A stretch of 64,000 nt of DNA from Lachnospiraceae bacterium. GTDB lineage: Bacteria > Bacillota > Clostridia > Lachnospirales > Lachnospiraceae. Position 1 is the first letter of the stretch; every line of letters begins with the position of its first letter. The notes beneath the pieces were generated by a model. That model saw only the letters and a program-made list of their open reading frames with translations, searched no databases and was not told the origin of the DNA. A program made the translations under genes and the position numbers. Shown one piece after another: positions 1 to 9,214 of the stretch. The stretch covers positions 2,008-66,007 of the forward strand of contig JAILQK010000096.1 in NCBI GenBank assembly GCA_024699045.1, written 5' to 3'.

Positions 1-681
1 CGGGTTTTTGTTATAACGGGCCCGCTGCTGGCCTTCGCCGAAGGCCTTTATCTGCACCGCTTTGCGACTGAAATCGGCGGCGATGAGGGAGAGGAGTCCG
101 GTCCGGCACGCACAGTCATTATCGTGATCGCGGCGATAATGCTTGTGTCCGCAGTAGGGAATCTGGAAAAAAACACGGAAGAGTATTACTCTTATTCGGA
201 TGACTATTTCGATCATGCGCCGTTTACCGCAGAGGTCATAGGGGGAGAGTGGCTTCCGGAAAAGGCTTCCGACAGGGATGCACTGCTGCTTCAGGCAGAT
301 AAGGCAGTCTCTGATAAGGGAGAAGAGGTAGGTTTTAAGCGTGTCGCAAATGAGATCATGGCCGAAGGCATTCCGGATGATACGGAATATATAGATGTTC
401 CCTTTATATATTATAAGGGGTATGCCGCAAAAGATGCGCAGACCGGGGCGGTCCTTTCCGTCAGCGACGAGGGCGGAAACGGGTGTGTGAGAGTTTACAC
501 CTCGGGGGCTGAAGAAGTAAGAGTATATTATAAAGGAACGATGATCCAGCATATGGCCGATATCATCTCAGTCGGATGCATAACGGGGATACTGGTCTAT
601 ATCATCCTTACTATCGTAAAAAGAAAAAATACAGGGGTAAAAACGGATGAAAACGGAGAGGGGGCGGGTGCCGCCGTCTGA
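1..681 (+). CDS. Membrane protein, 5'-partial (YfhO/GT-C-associated-like C-terminus)
   Basis: Frame is open from base 1 through the listed ORF 124..681. Hydrophobic segments, a PFIYYKGY motif and a C-terminal TM helix followed by basic residues. Confidence 0.6.
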   Translation, partial: RVFVITGPLLAFAEGLYLHRFATEIGGDEGEESGPARTVIIVIAAIMLVSAVGNLEKNTEEYYSYSDDYFDHAPFTAEVIGGEWLPEKASDRDALLLQADKAVSDKGEEVGFKRVANEIMAEGIPDDTEYIDVPFIYYKGYAAKDAQTGAVLSVSDEGGNGCVRVYTSGAEEVRVYYKGTMIQHMADIISVGCITGILVYIILTIVKRKNTGVKTDENGEGAGAAV

Positions 682-1252
682 AAAGGACGGGATCCTGCCG
701 AAGCTTGCCATATTCGATATGGATGGGACTTTGATAGATACCTGTATGGTCAATTTTTATTCTTATCGTGAAGCATTGGCTGAATCGGGGTATGAACTGA
801 CCCGGGAATATTTTGAAAAGGAATGCTTCGGTAAAGGGTATAAGGACTATCTGCCGCCGATCATAGGCAAAGATAAAGACCTTCTGGAGAAGATACACGA
901 GAGAAAAATAAGCCTTTATGACAAATATATAGGTGAAGCCCGCCTGAATCCGGTTCTCTATGATTTTATGGGAGGGATGAAGGGACTTTATCATATGGCG
1001 CTGGTGACCACGGCATCTAAAAAGAATGTATATGATATGGTTGAGCATTTCAATCTGGGATGCCTTTTGGAGCTGATACTTACTTCGGCGGAAATAACAA
1101 AACTCAAACCCGATCCCGAGGGATTTCTGATGGCGATGGATCATTTTAAGATCCCTCCCGAGAGGACTGTCGTTTTTGAGGATTCGGATGTCGGGATCGA
1201 AGCGGCAAAACGATGCGGAGCGACTGTGTTCAGGGCTGTACAGATAAACTAA
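647..1252 (+). CDS. HAD-family phosphatase (beta-phosphoglucomutase-like)
   Basis: Motifs FDMDGTL, KPDPE and FEDSDVG. Start codon uncertain because it overlaps the upstream gene. Confidence 0.85.
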   Translation: MKTERGRVPPSEKDGILPKLAIFDMDGTLIDTCMVNFYSYREALAESGYELTREYFEKECFGKGYKDYLPPIIGKDKDLLEKIHERKISLYDKYIGEARLNPVLYDFMGGMKGLYHMALVTTASKKNVYDMVEHFNLGCLLELILTSAEITKLKPDPEGFLMAMDHFKIPPERTVVFEDSDVGIEAAKRCGATVFRAVQIN

Positions 1253-1331
1253 AAAAGCGTCCGGATCAAAGCGGTGTCGGAATGAGCAGGATTTGAACCG
1301 ATACCCGGGAACGGGACAAAGGAGGCAGATA

Positions 1332-2189
1332 ATGAAAGTAATGGACATGACATTTGTAAAGGGGTTTATCCGGATGGCGGATGACGGCTTTCGTCTGGGA
1401 TGGCATGAAAGGAACGGAGGAAACCTGTCTTACCGGATCAAGCCGGAAGAGATAGAGATCATCGCTCCCCGGCTCAGGCAGGACGGCGAGTGGACTCCGA
1501 TCGGGGCAAAGGTTCCGGATCTTGCTGGAGAGCATTTTCTTGTCACCGGAAGCGGAAAGTTCTTCAGGGATATAAAGGACGATCCGGAGGCGACACTTGC
1601 GATCATACAGCTTGACGAAAAGGGAGAGAATTATCGGATGGAGTGGGGACTTGTCGAAGGGGGAAGACCTACGAGTGAGCTGCCGTCCCATCTTATGAAC
1701 CACGAGGTAAAAAAGAAGGCTACAGACGGAAGATACCGCGTTATCTATCATGCGCATCCTGCAAATATCATTGCGCTTACCTTTATCCTTCCCCTTGAGG
1801 ACGAGGTGTTTACCAGAGAACTGTGGGAGATGGCGACCGAGTGCCCGGTTGTTTTTCCCGACGGAGTCGGCGTAGTGGGCTGGATGGTGCCGGGCGGTGA
1901 GGAAATTGCAGTGGCGACCAGTAAGCTTATGGAAAAATATGATGCCGCGATCTGGGCGCATCATGGTATCTTCTGCGCGGGAGAGGGTGCTCATACCACA
2001 TTCGGGCTTATGCATACGATAGAGAAATCAGCGGAGATCCTGGTCAAGGTACTGTCGATGTCCAATGGGAAACGACAGACCATCGAGCCTGATAACTTCA
2101 GGGAGCTTGCAAAGGCATTCAAGGTCGAGCTTCCCGAACGGTTTTTGTATGAAAAGGATTCACGCGCGATCACGGAAACTGAAAAATAG
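1332..2189 (+). CDS. rhaD: Rhamnulose-1-phosphate aldolase
   Basis: GWHERNGGNLS, PTSELPSH, HAH and WAHHG motifs. AAGGAGG SD precedes ATG 1332. Confidence 0.92.
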   Translation: MKVMDMTFVKGFIRMADDGFRLGWHERNGGNLSYRIKPEEIEIIAPRLRQDGEWTPIGAKVPDLAGEHFLVTGSGKFFRDIKDDPEATLAIIQLDEKGENYRMEWGLVEGGRPTSELPSHLMNHEVKKKATDGRYRVIYHAHPANIIALTFILPLEDEVFTRELWEMATECPVVFPDGVGVVGWMVPGGEEIAVATSKLMEKYDAAIWAHHGIFCAGEGAHTTFGLMHTIEKSAEILVKVLSMSNGKRQTIEPDNFRELAKAFKVELPERFLYEKDSRAITETEK

Positions 2190-2200
2190 GGAGGAAAATC

Positions 2201-3607
2201 ATGAGTGATATTTATCTGGCGGTAGATATAGGAGCATCCAGCGGACGTCATATCCTCGGTAAAGTTGAGAACGGACGTATACAGCTCGAGGAGATCTACC
2301 GGTTTGAAAACGGAATGGTCCATGAGGGCGAGGCGCTCCTATGGGATACCGAACGATTGTATAAGGAGATAATCAACGGTATGAAAAAGTGCAAAGAGCT
2401 CGGGAAGGTCCCCGTGACCATGGGGATAGATACCTGGGGTGTTGATTATGTGCTTTTGGATGAGAATGATAAAGCTGCAGGAAAGACTTACGGTTATCGT
2501 GATCATCGGACAGACGGATATCCCGGGAAGGTCTACGGGAAGATACCGGAGAAAGAGCTTTATGCTCATACAGGGACGCAAAAACAGGTTTTTAATACGA
2601 TCTTTCAGCTGTCCGCTCTGGCTGACAAGGAACCGGAGATCCTGAAAAAAGCCACGGCGATGCTTATGATGCCGGATTATTTTGGATTCAGACTTACGGG
2701 GATCAAAAAACAGGAATATACGAATGCGACAACTTCGGGGCTTATCAATGCGAAAACAAATGAATGGGACAAAGATCTGATAAACCGGCTCGGACTGCCG
2801 GAAGGGATCTTCCTTACTCCGCAAAGACCCGGGACAAAACTCGGAAGGCTGACTCCCGCGGTCCGTGACGAGGTCGGCTTTGACCTTGATGTGATGATAA
2901 TCGGAAGTCATGATACGGCATCGGCGGTAATGTCGGTTCCTTCATCGGCGGATGACACATTGTATATCAGCTCCGGAACATGGTCCCTCATGGGAGTGGA
3001 GAATTCATCCGCAGTGACCACGGAAGCTGCCAGAGAGGCTAATTTTACTAACGAAGGAGGATATGATTACAGATATCGGTTCCTTAAAAACATCATGGGG
3101 CTTTGGATGATACAGCAGGTAAGGCATGAGCTTGGCGACAGGAATTCCTTTGCGGAGCTTTGCGACATGGCCGAAAAGGAAAAGGACTTTCCGTCAAGAG
3201 TGGAAGCAAACGATCCGAGATTTCTGTCTCCTGAAAACATGCAGGAGGAGATAAAGAAAGCTTTGAGAGAGAGCGGTCAAAAGGAGCCGGAGAATACGGG
3301 GCAGATGGCAACGGTTATCTACAGAAGTCTTGCGGAAGCTTATGCGAAGACTCTTAATGAGATAGAAGCGATCACGGGTAAGCGCTATGAAGCGGTAAAT
3401 ATCATAGGCGGAGGGTCAAAGGCATCATATCTCAACAGACTGACTGCCAATGCCTGTGGAAGGAAAGTCATTGCCGGACCCGATGAGGGAACCGCTATAG
3501 GCAACCTCATGTGTCAGATGATAAGCGCCGGTGACTTTAAGGATCTTAAGGATGCGAGAGGAGCTGTTGCCGCATCGTTTGATATAAAGGAATATAATCC
3601 CGAATAA
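2201..3607 (+). CDS. rhaB: Rhamnulokinase (FGGY family)
   Basis: AVDIGASSGR, GIDTWGVD, SHDTASAV, ISSGTWS and TNEGG motifs. Directly follows rhaD with a GGAGG SD. Confidence 0.9.
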   Translation: MSDIYLAVDIGASSGRHILGKVENGRIQLEEIYRFENGMVHEGEALLWDTERLYKEIINGMKKCKELGKVPVTMGIDTWGVDYVLLDENDKAAGKTYGYRDHRTDGYPGKVYGKIPEKELYAHTGTQKQVFNTIFQLSALADKEPEILKKATAMLMMPDYFGFRLTGIKKQEYTNATTSGLINAKTNEWDKDLINRLGLPEGIFLTPQRPGTKLGRLTPAVRDEVGFDLDVMIIGSHDTASAVMSVPSSADDTLYISSGTWSLMGVENSSAVTTEAAREANFTNEGGYDYRYRFLKNIMGLWMIQQVRHELGDRNSFAELCDMAEKEKDFPSRVEANDPRFLSPENMQEEIKKALRESGQKEPENTGQMATVIYRSLAEAYAKTLNEIEAITGKRYEAVNIIGGGSKASYLNRLTANACGRKVIAGPDEGTAIGNLMCQMISAGDFKDLKDARGAVAASFDIKEYNPE

Positions 3608-3653
3608 CGGGACGGGATAAAGCACAGACCAGATCAAAAAGGAGGATCATGAC

Positions 3654-3947
3654 ATGGCTAGAACGTACAATAAACCCGGGAGTGGTAAAGCATCCGCGCC
3701 TAAGGCGACATCTGTGAAGGCGGCAGAGGAAAAGGCAGTGACCAGGACAGATCCGAAGCCGGCGGCGGAGCCAAAGGCAGAAGCGGCAATCGAGCCTGTG
3801 AAGGCATCGGCTTCGGTGATAGCAGCGCCCGATACGGAAGTGATGCATAAGGTGGTATATCAGCCCAGCTCACAGATACTCGAGAGAGAGGTGGCTCCGA
3901 ATGAATCTTTCGGAGTAGGTGATGATATGCCCGTGTATTATCTCTGA
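3654..3947 (+). CDS. Hypothetical 97-aa protein with Ala/Lys/Pro/Glu-rich N-terminus
   Basis: AAGGAGG SD upstream. Co-oriented and followed by a terminator. Confidence 0.75.
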   Translation: MARTYNKPGSGKASAPKATSVKAAEEKAVTRTDPKPAAEPKAEAAIEPVKASASVIAAPDTEVMHKVVYQPSSQILEREVAPNESFGVGDDMPVYYL

Positions 3948-3969
3948 GAAGAAATAATAAAGGCTCAGG

Positions 3970-4004
3970 AAGGACCCGGCGCCGTTGGCGTCCGGGTCTT
4001 TTAT
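3970..4004 (+). terminator. Intrinsic terminator
   Basis: aggacccggcgcc-gtt-ggcgtccgggtct hairpin followed by a T run. Confidence 0.8.
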
Positions 4005-4056
4005 TGCTTAAAAATCAACAGTTTTCCACACAAAACCAGAGGTTTACATAAGAAAC

Positions 4057-4094
4057 CAACATAAAACCACACAAAGAAATGTGGTTTTATGTTG
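4057..4094. promoter_or_regulatory. 15-bp perfect inverted repeat, probable repressor operator overlapping the -35
   Basis: caacataaaaccaca (4057-4071), 8-nt spacer, tgtggttttatgttg (4080-4094). Confidence 0.7.
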
Positions 4095-4120
4095 ACTTTG
4101 AGCCGAAGTGTGACTATAAT
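4092..4120 (+). promoter_or_regulatory. SigA promoter of the BMC operon
   Basis: TTGACT-N17-TATAAT. Confidence 0.85.
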
Positions 4121-4173
4121 TGTCCTAACACTCTATATTTTCGGGAAAAATATAATTAAGAAAGGAAGACAAT

Positions 4174-4977
4174 ATGGCACCAAACGAGTATGAAATCAAA
4201 AAACAGATCTGTGACATCGGAAAACGGATCTACAACCGAAACATGGTTGCTGCTAATGACGGTAATATCTCCGTCAAGCTTTCCGATAACGAATTTCTTT
4301 GTACACCTACCGGAGTATCAAAGGGATTTATGACACCTGAGTTTATCTGCAAGGTGGATGCAAAGGGAAATGTGCTGCAGGCCAACAAAGGGTTCAGACC
4401 CTCTTCGGAGATCAAGATGCACATGCGTGTCTATGAGAAGAGACCGGATGTCAATTCTGTAGTACATGCGCATCCGACATTTGCTACGGCATTTGCGATC
4501 GCAGGGATCCCGCTCACACAGCCTATCATGCCGGAGGCGGTCATCGCTCTCGGATGTGTGCCGATCGCTCCTTACGGAACACCTTCAACAACAGAGATAC
4601 CTGATGCGGTAGAGCCTTATCTCGAGCATTTTGATGCGGTCCTTCTGGAAAGCCACGGAGCGCTTACCTGGGCAGGAGATCTCCTTGCGGCTTATCACAA
4701 GATGGAGTCTGTTGAGTTTTATGCGGAGCTGCTCTATAAGGCAAGACAGCTTGGCGGCCCCAAAGAGTTTGATCAGAAGACTGTACAGCGTCTTTATGAG
4801 ATCCGTCGTCAGATGGGACTTCCGGGAAGACATCCCGCAGATCTCTGCCTGAACAAGGGCACGGCTAACTGCCATAATTGCGGCAACTGCGGTAGCGGAG
4901 AGAGCGCATCGGGACAGTCGAATGATGAGCTCATATCTGAGATCACCAAAAAAGTCCTTGCATCTCTGGGCAAGTAA
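4174..4977 (+). CDS. fucA: Class II aldolase (fuculose/rhamnulose-phosphate aldolase) with C-terminal encapsulation peptide
   Basis: NDGNIS, TPTG, PSSE, HAH and HG motifs. C-terminal DELISEITKKVLASL amphipathic helix. Confidence 0.8.
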   Translation: MAPNEYEIKKQICDIGKRIYNRNMVAANDGNISVKLSDNEFLCTPTGVSKGFMTPEFICKVDAKGNVLQANKGFRPSSEIKMHMRVYEKRPDVNSVVHAHPTFATAFAIAGIPLTQPIMPEAVIALGCVPIAPYGTPSTTEIPDAVEPYLEHFDAVLLESHGALTWAGDLLAAYHKMESVEFYAELLYKARQLGGPKEFDQKTVQRLYEIRRQMGLPGRHPADLCLNKGTANCHNCGNCGSGESASGQSNDELISEITKKVLASLGK

Positions 4978-5016
4978 TACAGAGAAATAAGGTCGAAAGG
5001 AGGAAATTCAGATAAA

Positions 5017-6408
5017 GTGGGCGTAGATGAAAGATTTGTGCATGAAATAGTTCAGAAGGTCATGGCCAATCTGCAGATCGACGGCAGTACCGAGGGAATG
5101 CACGGTGTTTTTTCGGATATGAACGAAGCGATAGCGGCTGCCGGAAGATCACAAAAGATAGTTAAGACGATGACCCTTGATCAGAGGGAAAAGATCATAT
5201 CGGCGATAAGAAGAAAGACAAACGAAAATGTCGAGATCATCGCTAATATGGGTGTAAACGAGACCGGCATGGGCAATGTCGGAGACAAGATACTTAAACA
5301 TAAACTTACGGCTGATAAAACTCCGGGGACGGAGGCTATCACCACGACAGCGTGGTCCGGAGACAGGGGGCTTACACTTGTAGAGATGGGGCCGTTCGGC
5401 GTGATCGGAGCCATCACTCCGGCAACAAACCCGTCTGAGACTGTCATCTGCAATTCGATCGGAATGATCGCGGGCGGCAATACTGTAGTGTTCAATCCGC
5501 ATCCGAATGCGAAGAAGACGACGATATTTACCATAAACATGATAAATGAGGCTTCTCTTGAGGCGGGTGGGCCGGACAATGTCGCCTGCACTGTCGAAAA
5601 TCCGACTCTGGAAACAAGCAATATCATGATGAAGCATCCGTCGATACCTCTTCTGGTGGCGACAGGAGGTCCGGGAGTCGTGACAGCAGTGCTCTCTTCC
5701 GGAAAGCGTGCCATCGGAGCAGGTGCCGGAAATCCTCCGGCAATGGTCGATGAGACTGCGGATGTAAGAAAGGCAGCAAGGGACATAGTAAACGGCTGTA
5801 CTTTTGATAACAATCTTCCGTGCATAGCAGAAAAGGAAGTCGTGGCTGTGGACAGCATATGCGACGAGCTGATGGATCATTTTATCAATGAGAATGGATG
5901 CTACCTTGCGAGCAAGGAAGTACAGGATAAGCTCATCAGTACGGTAATAACACCCAAGGGTGCGTTGAACAGGAAGTGCGTCGGTCGTGATGCAAGGACT
6001 CTGCTGTCCATGGTAGGGGTCGAGGTCGGAGCGGATATACGGTGTATAGTTTTTGAAGGCGAGAAAGAGCATCCTCTTATCACCACCGAGCTCATGATGC
6101 CTATCCTCGGAGTTGTAAGGGTAAAGACATTTGAAGAGGGAGTCGAGACCTCGGTATGGCTTGAGCATGGCAACCGACACTCGGCGCATATCCATTCAAA
6201 GAATGTTGACCGCATTACACAGTATGCGAGAGCGCTCGATACGGCGATCCTTGTAAAGAACGGCCCCAGCTATGCCGCATTGGGATTTGGCGGTGAAGGG
6301 TATCCGACCTTTACGATAGCGTCAAGAACAGGCGAAGGTCTCACCTGCGCTTCAACATTTACCAAGCGCAGACGCTGCGTTATGACAGACAGTCTGTGCA
6401 TCAGATAG
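5017..6408 (+). CDS. pduP: CoA-acylating propionaldehyde dehydrogenase (PduP/EutE family)
   Basis: PATNP, ATGGPGVV, GAGNPP and FDNNLPCIAEK motifs. N-terminal encapsulation peptide, GTG start with AGGAGG SD. Confidence 0.9.
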   Translation: MGVDERFVHEIVQKVMANLQIDGSTEGMHGVFSDMNEAIAAAGRSQKIVKTMTLDQREKIISAIRRKTNENVEIIANMGVNETGMGNVGDKILKHKLTADKTPGTEAITTTAWSGDRGLTLVEMGPFGVIGAITPATNPSETVICNSIGMIAGGNTVVFNPHPNAKKTTIFTINMINEASLEAGGPDNVACTVENPTLETSNIMMKHPSIPLLVATGGPGVVTAVLSSGKRAIGAGAGNPPAMVDETADVRKAARDIVNGCTFDNNLPCIAEKEVVAVDSICDELMDHFINENGCYLASKEVQDKLISTVITPKGALNRKCVGRDARTLLSMVGVEVGADIRCIVFEGEKEHPLITTELMMPILGVVRVKTFEEGVETSVWLEHGNRHSAHIHSKNVDRITQYARALDTAILVKNGPSYAALGFGGEGYPTFTIASRTGEGLTCASTFTKRRRCVMTDSLCIR

Positions 6409-6488
6409 ACAATAGCATTATTCTATAGCCGAAGATGACGGACCGTGATCGCGGGACCGCATCTTAACAGTAAAACAGGAGGAACAAT

Positions 6489-7721
6489 ATGGCAGTAAAC
6501 GAAAAGGATGTCGAGCTTATAGTGAAGCAGATCCTTGACCAAATGGGAGGCGCAGGTTCATCTGCAGTTTCGTCCCCGTCCGGTTTCGGAAAGGCTGCAT
6601 CGGGTTCGATACCAAAGACGGCCAGGGTTGCCATGCTGGTGGAGAAAGAACGCTTTGAGGTCAAAGAGTTTCCTATCCCCGAGGTTGGTGATGACGATAT
6701 CCTGGTCAAGGTCGAAGGGTGCGGAGTTTGCGGTACAGACGCGCACGAGTTTAAGCGCGATCCCTTCGGACTTATACCGGTGGCTCTCGGACATGAGGGT
6801 ACCGGAGAGATCGTGAAGATGGGGAAGAATGTGAAAAAGGATTCGGCAGGCAAGGATCTTCATATCGGAGATAAGGTCGTAACCTGCATGATCTTTAAGG
6901 ATGATCCGGAGATCACGATGTTTGATCTTAACAAGCAGAACGTTGGAGCCGCAGATGTATACGGACTTCTTCCTGATGATGATGTGCATCTGAACGGATG
7001 GTTTTCCGATTATATCTTTATCCGCGGAGGTTCGACGGTCTTTAATGTCAGCGATCTGGATCTGGACAGCAGGGTACTTATAGAGCCCAGCGCAGTGCTT
7101 GTTCATGCCGTAGAGAGAGCAAAGACTACCGGCATACTGAGATTCAACAGCAGGGTTGCGGTTCAGGGATGCGGACCCATAGGACTTTTGTGTATAGCGG
7201 TATTAAGAACCATGGGTATCGAGAATATAACTGCCGTTGACGGCAATGCGCAGCGACTTGAATTCGCAAAAAGGCTCGGCGCCAATCAGACGGTAAACTT
7301 CAACGACCACAAGGGGATAGAGGCTCTCACCAAGGCTGTTGAGGACTCTTTCGGAGGACACCTTGCGGACTTTGCCTTCCAGTGCACCGGAAATCCGATG
7401 GCACATGCCAATATCTACAAGTTTATCCGTAACGGCGGCGGCCTTTGCGAACTGGGATTTTTTGTTAACGGCGGCGACGCAACGATCAATCCCCACTTTG
7501 ATCTTTGCTCAAAGGAGATCAACCTTGTAGGTTCATGGGTATATACTCTCAGAGACTACGGTACGACATTCGATTTCCTTAAGAGGGCAAAGGGGATAGG
7601 ACTTCCGGTGACGGAGCTTATCACGCATAAATTCCCTTTGGAGCAGATCAACGATGCGCTTAAGACAAATCTGGCCATGACAGGTCTTAAGATAGCGGTG
7701 ATAACTCCTCCGGGAGCATGA
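6489..7721 (+). CDS. Zn-dependent (MDR) alcohol dehydrogenase, BMC-associated; lactaldehyde/propionaldehyde reductase candidate
   Basis: CGVCGTD, GHE and GCGPIG motifs. N-terminal EKDVELIVKQILDQM encapsulation peptide plus a Ser/Gly linker. Confidence 0.85.
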   Translation: MAVNEKDVELIVKQILDQMGGAGSSAVSSPSGFGKAASGSIPKTARVAMLVEKERFEVKEFPIPEVGDDDILVKVEGCGVCGTDAHEFKRDPFGLIPVALGHEGTGEIVKMGKNVKKDSAGKDLHIGDKVVTCMIFKDDPEITMFDLNKQNVGAADVYGLLPDDDVHLNGWFSDYIFIRGGSTVFNVSDLDLDSRVLIEPSAVLVHAVERAKTTGILRFNSRVAVQGCGPIGLLCIAVLRTMGIENITAVDGNAQRLEFAKRLGANQTVNFNDHKGIEALTKAVEDSFGGHLADFAFQCTGNPMAHANIYKFIRNGGGLCELGFFVNGGDATINPHFDLCSKEINLVGSWVYTLRDYGTTFDFLKRAKGIGLPVTELITHKFPLEQINDALKTNLAMTGLKIAVITPPGA

Positions 7722-7812
7722 ATTGCGGCGAGATCGGCTTATGAAAAGCCAGCCCTGGTTTCTGCGATATGATCCGGAAGCGCAGGGTCAGTAAAAAAAG
7801 GACATACAGACT

Positions 7813-8148
7813 ATGAATGAAACTGACAACAATGTGGGATATGCAGTAGGACTGCTTGAAGTATACGGACTGGTATGCGCTTTCCTTGCAGCCGACGCAG
7901 GGTGCAAAGCGGGTAATGTGACACTTGAAGTGTTTGACAAGAATAAGCCCGCCAATGCCGATGAGCTTCCGGTTCCGCTCCTCGTCACGGTAAAGTTCCG
8001 GGGACTGGTATCGGATGTTCGCGAAGCTATGTATGCTGCGGAAGAGGTAGCGAAGGCAAATACAGGGATCGTATGCTCCCACATTATTCCGAATCCGACC
8101 GAGGATACGGAGAAAATGCTGAAGATCAGCGCATTGGACAAGGACTGA
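7813..8148 (+). CDS. BMC-H shell protein (divergent)
   Basis: AVGLLEV...[11 protein letters not shown] and HIIPNP BMC-domain pattern. Confidence 0.85.
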   Translation: MNETDNNVGYAVGLLEVYGLVCAFLAADAGCKAGNVTLEVFDKNKPANADELPVPLLVTVKFRGLVSDVREAMYAAEEVAKANTGIVCSHIIPNPTEDTEKMLKISALDKD

Positions 8149-8164
8149 CAAGGAGGAAAAAACT

Positions 8165-8449
8165 ATGGCACAGTCATTAGAAGCATTGGGTATGGTTGAG
8201 ACAAGAGGACTTACGGCAGCTATCGAGGCAGCGGATGCCATGACAAAAGCTGCTGAGGTCACACTTATAGGAACCGAGAAGATCGGATCCGGACTGGTAA
8301 CCGTTATGGTCCGCGGGGATGTCGGAGCGGTTAAGGCTTCGGTCGAGGCCGGAACTCAGGCGGCGAGCAGACTTGGCGAGCTTGTAGCTACGCACGTGAT
8401 CCCGAGGCCTCATAACGATGTGGAGATGATACTCCCCAAATTCAAATGA
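8165..8449 (+). CDS. BMC-H shell protein (PduA/EutM-like)
   Basis: [30 protein letters not shown] and HVIPRPH. Confidence 0.95.
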   Translation: MAQSLEALGMVETRGLTAAIEAADAMTKAAEVTLIGTEKIGSGLVTVMVRGDVGAVKASVEAGTQAASRLGELVATHVIPRPHNDVEMILPKFK

Positions 8450-8488
8450 TGTCCGGATCTATTCAGGTCATCGGTAACGTAAAGGATA

Positions 8489-8881
8489 ATGAGTATGAAG
8501 GCTTACGGATTTATTGAAATTACAGGAGTGGTAGCGGCGGTCGATGCGTTGGACATCATGTGCAAGGCTGCGAACGTGACTCTTTCAACCTGGGAGAGAA
8601 AGCTCGGGGGAAGGCTTGTCACGATCGTGATCGAGGGTGATGTCTCTGCGGTAAAGCAGGCGATAGAGGCCGGCAGCACGATGGCGATCAAAAAACCCGT
8701 GTCGATGGGGGTATTGCCCAATCCTCATCCGGAGATCAGAAGGATTGTTGAGTTCTCCGCCAGCCGATTCAAGGGCAAAGTAACAACGGGAATATCGGAC
8801 GGACACAAAATGCTTGGTCAGGATCCGCCGGATTTCAATATCAAGGAACAGTTAAAACAAAGAGAGACAGATAATAATTGA
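8489..8881 (+). CDS. BMC-H shell protein with ~40-aa C-terminal extension
   Basis: GFIE, ALDIMCKAANV, GDVSAV and PNPH, followed by a non-BMC tail. Confidence 0.88.
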   Translation: MSMKAYGFIEITGVVAAVDALDIMCKAANVTLSTWERKLGGRLVTIVIEGDVSAVKQAIEAGSTMAIKKPVSMGVLPNPHPEIRRIVEFSASRFKGKVTTGISDGHKMLGQDPPDFNIKEQLKQRETDNN

Positions 8882-8907
8882 TCAACAAAGATTAAGGAGG
8901 AACCAAA

Positions 8908-9192
8908 ATGTCACAGTCACTTGAAGCTTTAGGATTAGTAGAAACCAGAGGTCTTGTAGCAGCCATAGAAGCAGCCGACCAGATGTGTAAAGCAGCTAAC
9001 GTTACCCTTATCGGGACAGAGAAGATCGGATCCGGTCTTGTTACCGTTATGGTCCGCGGAGATGTCGGAGCGGTCAAATCATCTGTTGAGGCCGGAAGCA
9101 ATGCAGCAGGCAGGCTTGGAGAGCTCATAGCCACACACGTGATCCCCAGACCTCACAACGATGTAGAGATGATCCTTCCCAAGGTTAAATGA
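8908..9192 (+). CDS. BMC-H shell protein (PduA/EutM-like), close paralog of 8165..8449
   Basis: Same motifs and same 94-aa length as 8165..8449. Confidence 0.95.
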   Translation: MSQSLEALGLVETRGLVAAIEAADQMCKAANVTLIGTEKIGSGLVTVMVRGDVGAVKSSVEAGSNAAGRLGELIATHVIPRPHNDVEMILPKVK

Positions 9193-9214
9193 TCATCTGC
9201 AGGAGGTGCTTTAA

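Noticed and set aside
5149-6195. Long antisense ORFs (348 aa and 225 aa here, and many similar ones across the window)
   Set aside because: They lie opposite well-supported genes and have no SD or motifs; they are shadows of codon bias.
6443-6476. Irregular hairpin (aagatg...catctt) between pduP and the ADH gene
   Set aside because: No U-tract and several mismatches; at most an mRNA stability stem, too weak to call.
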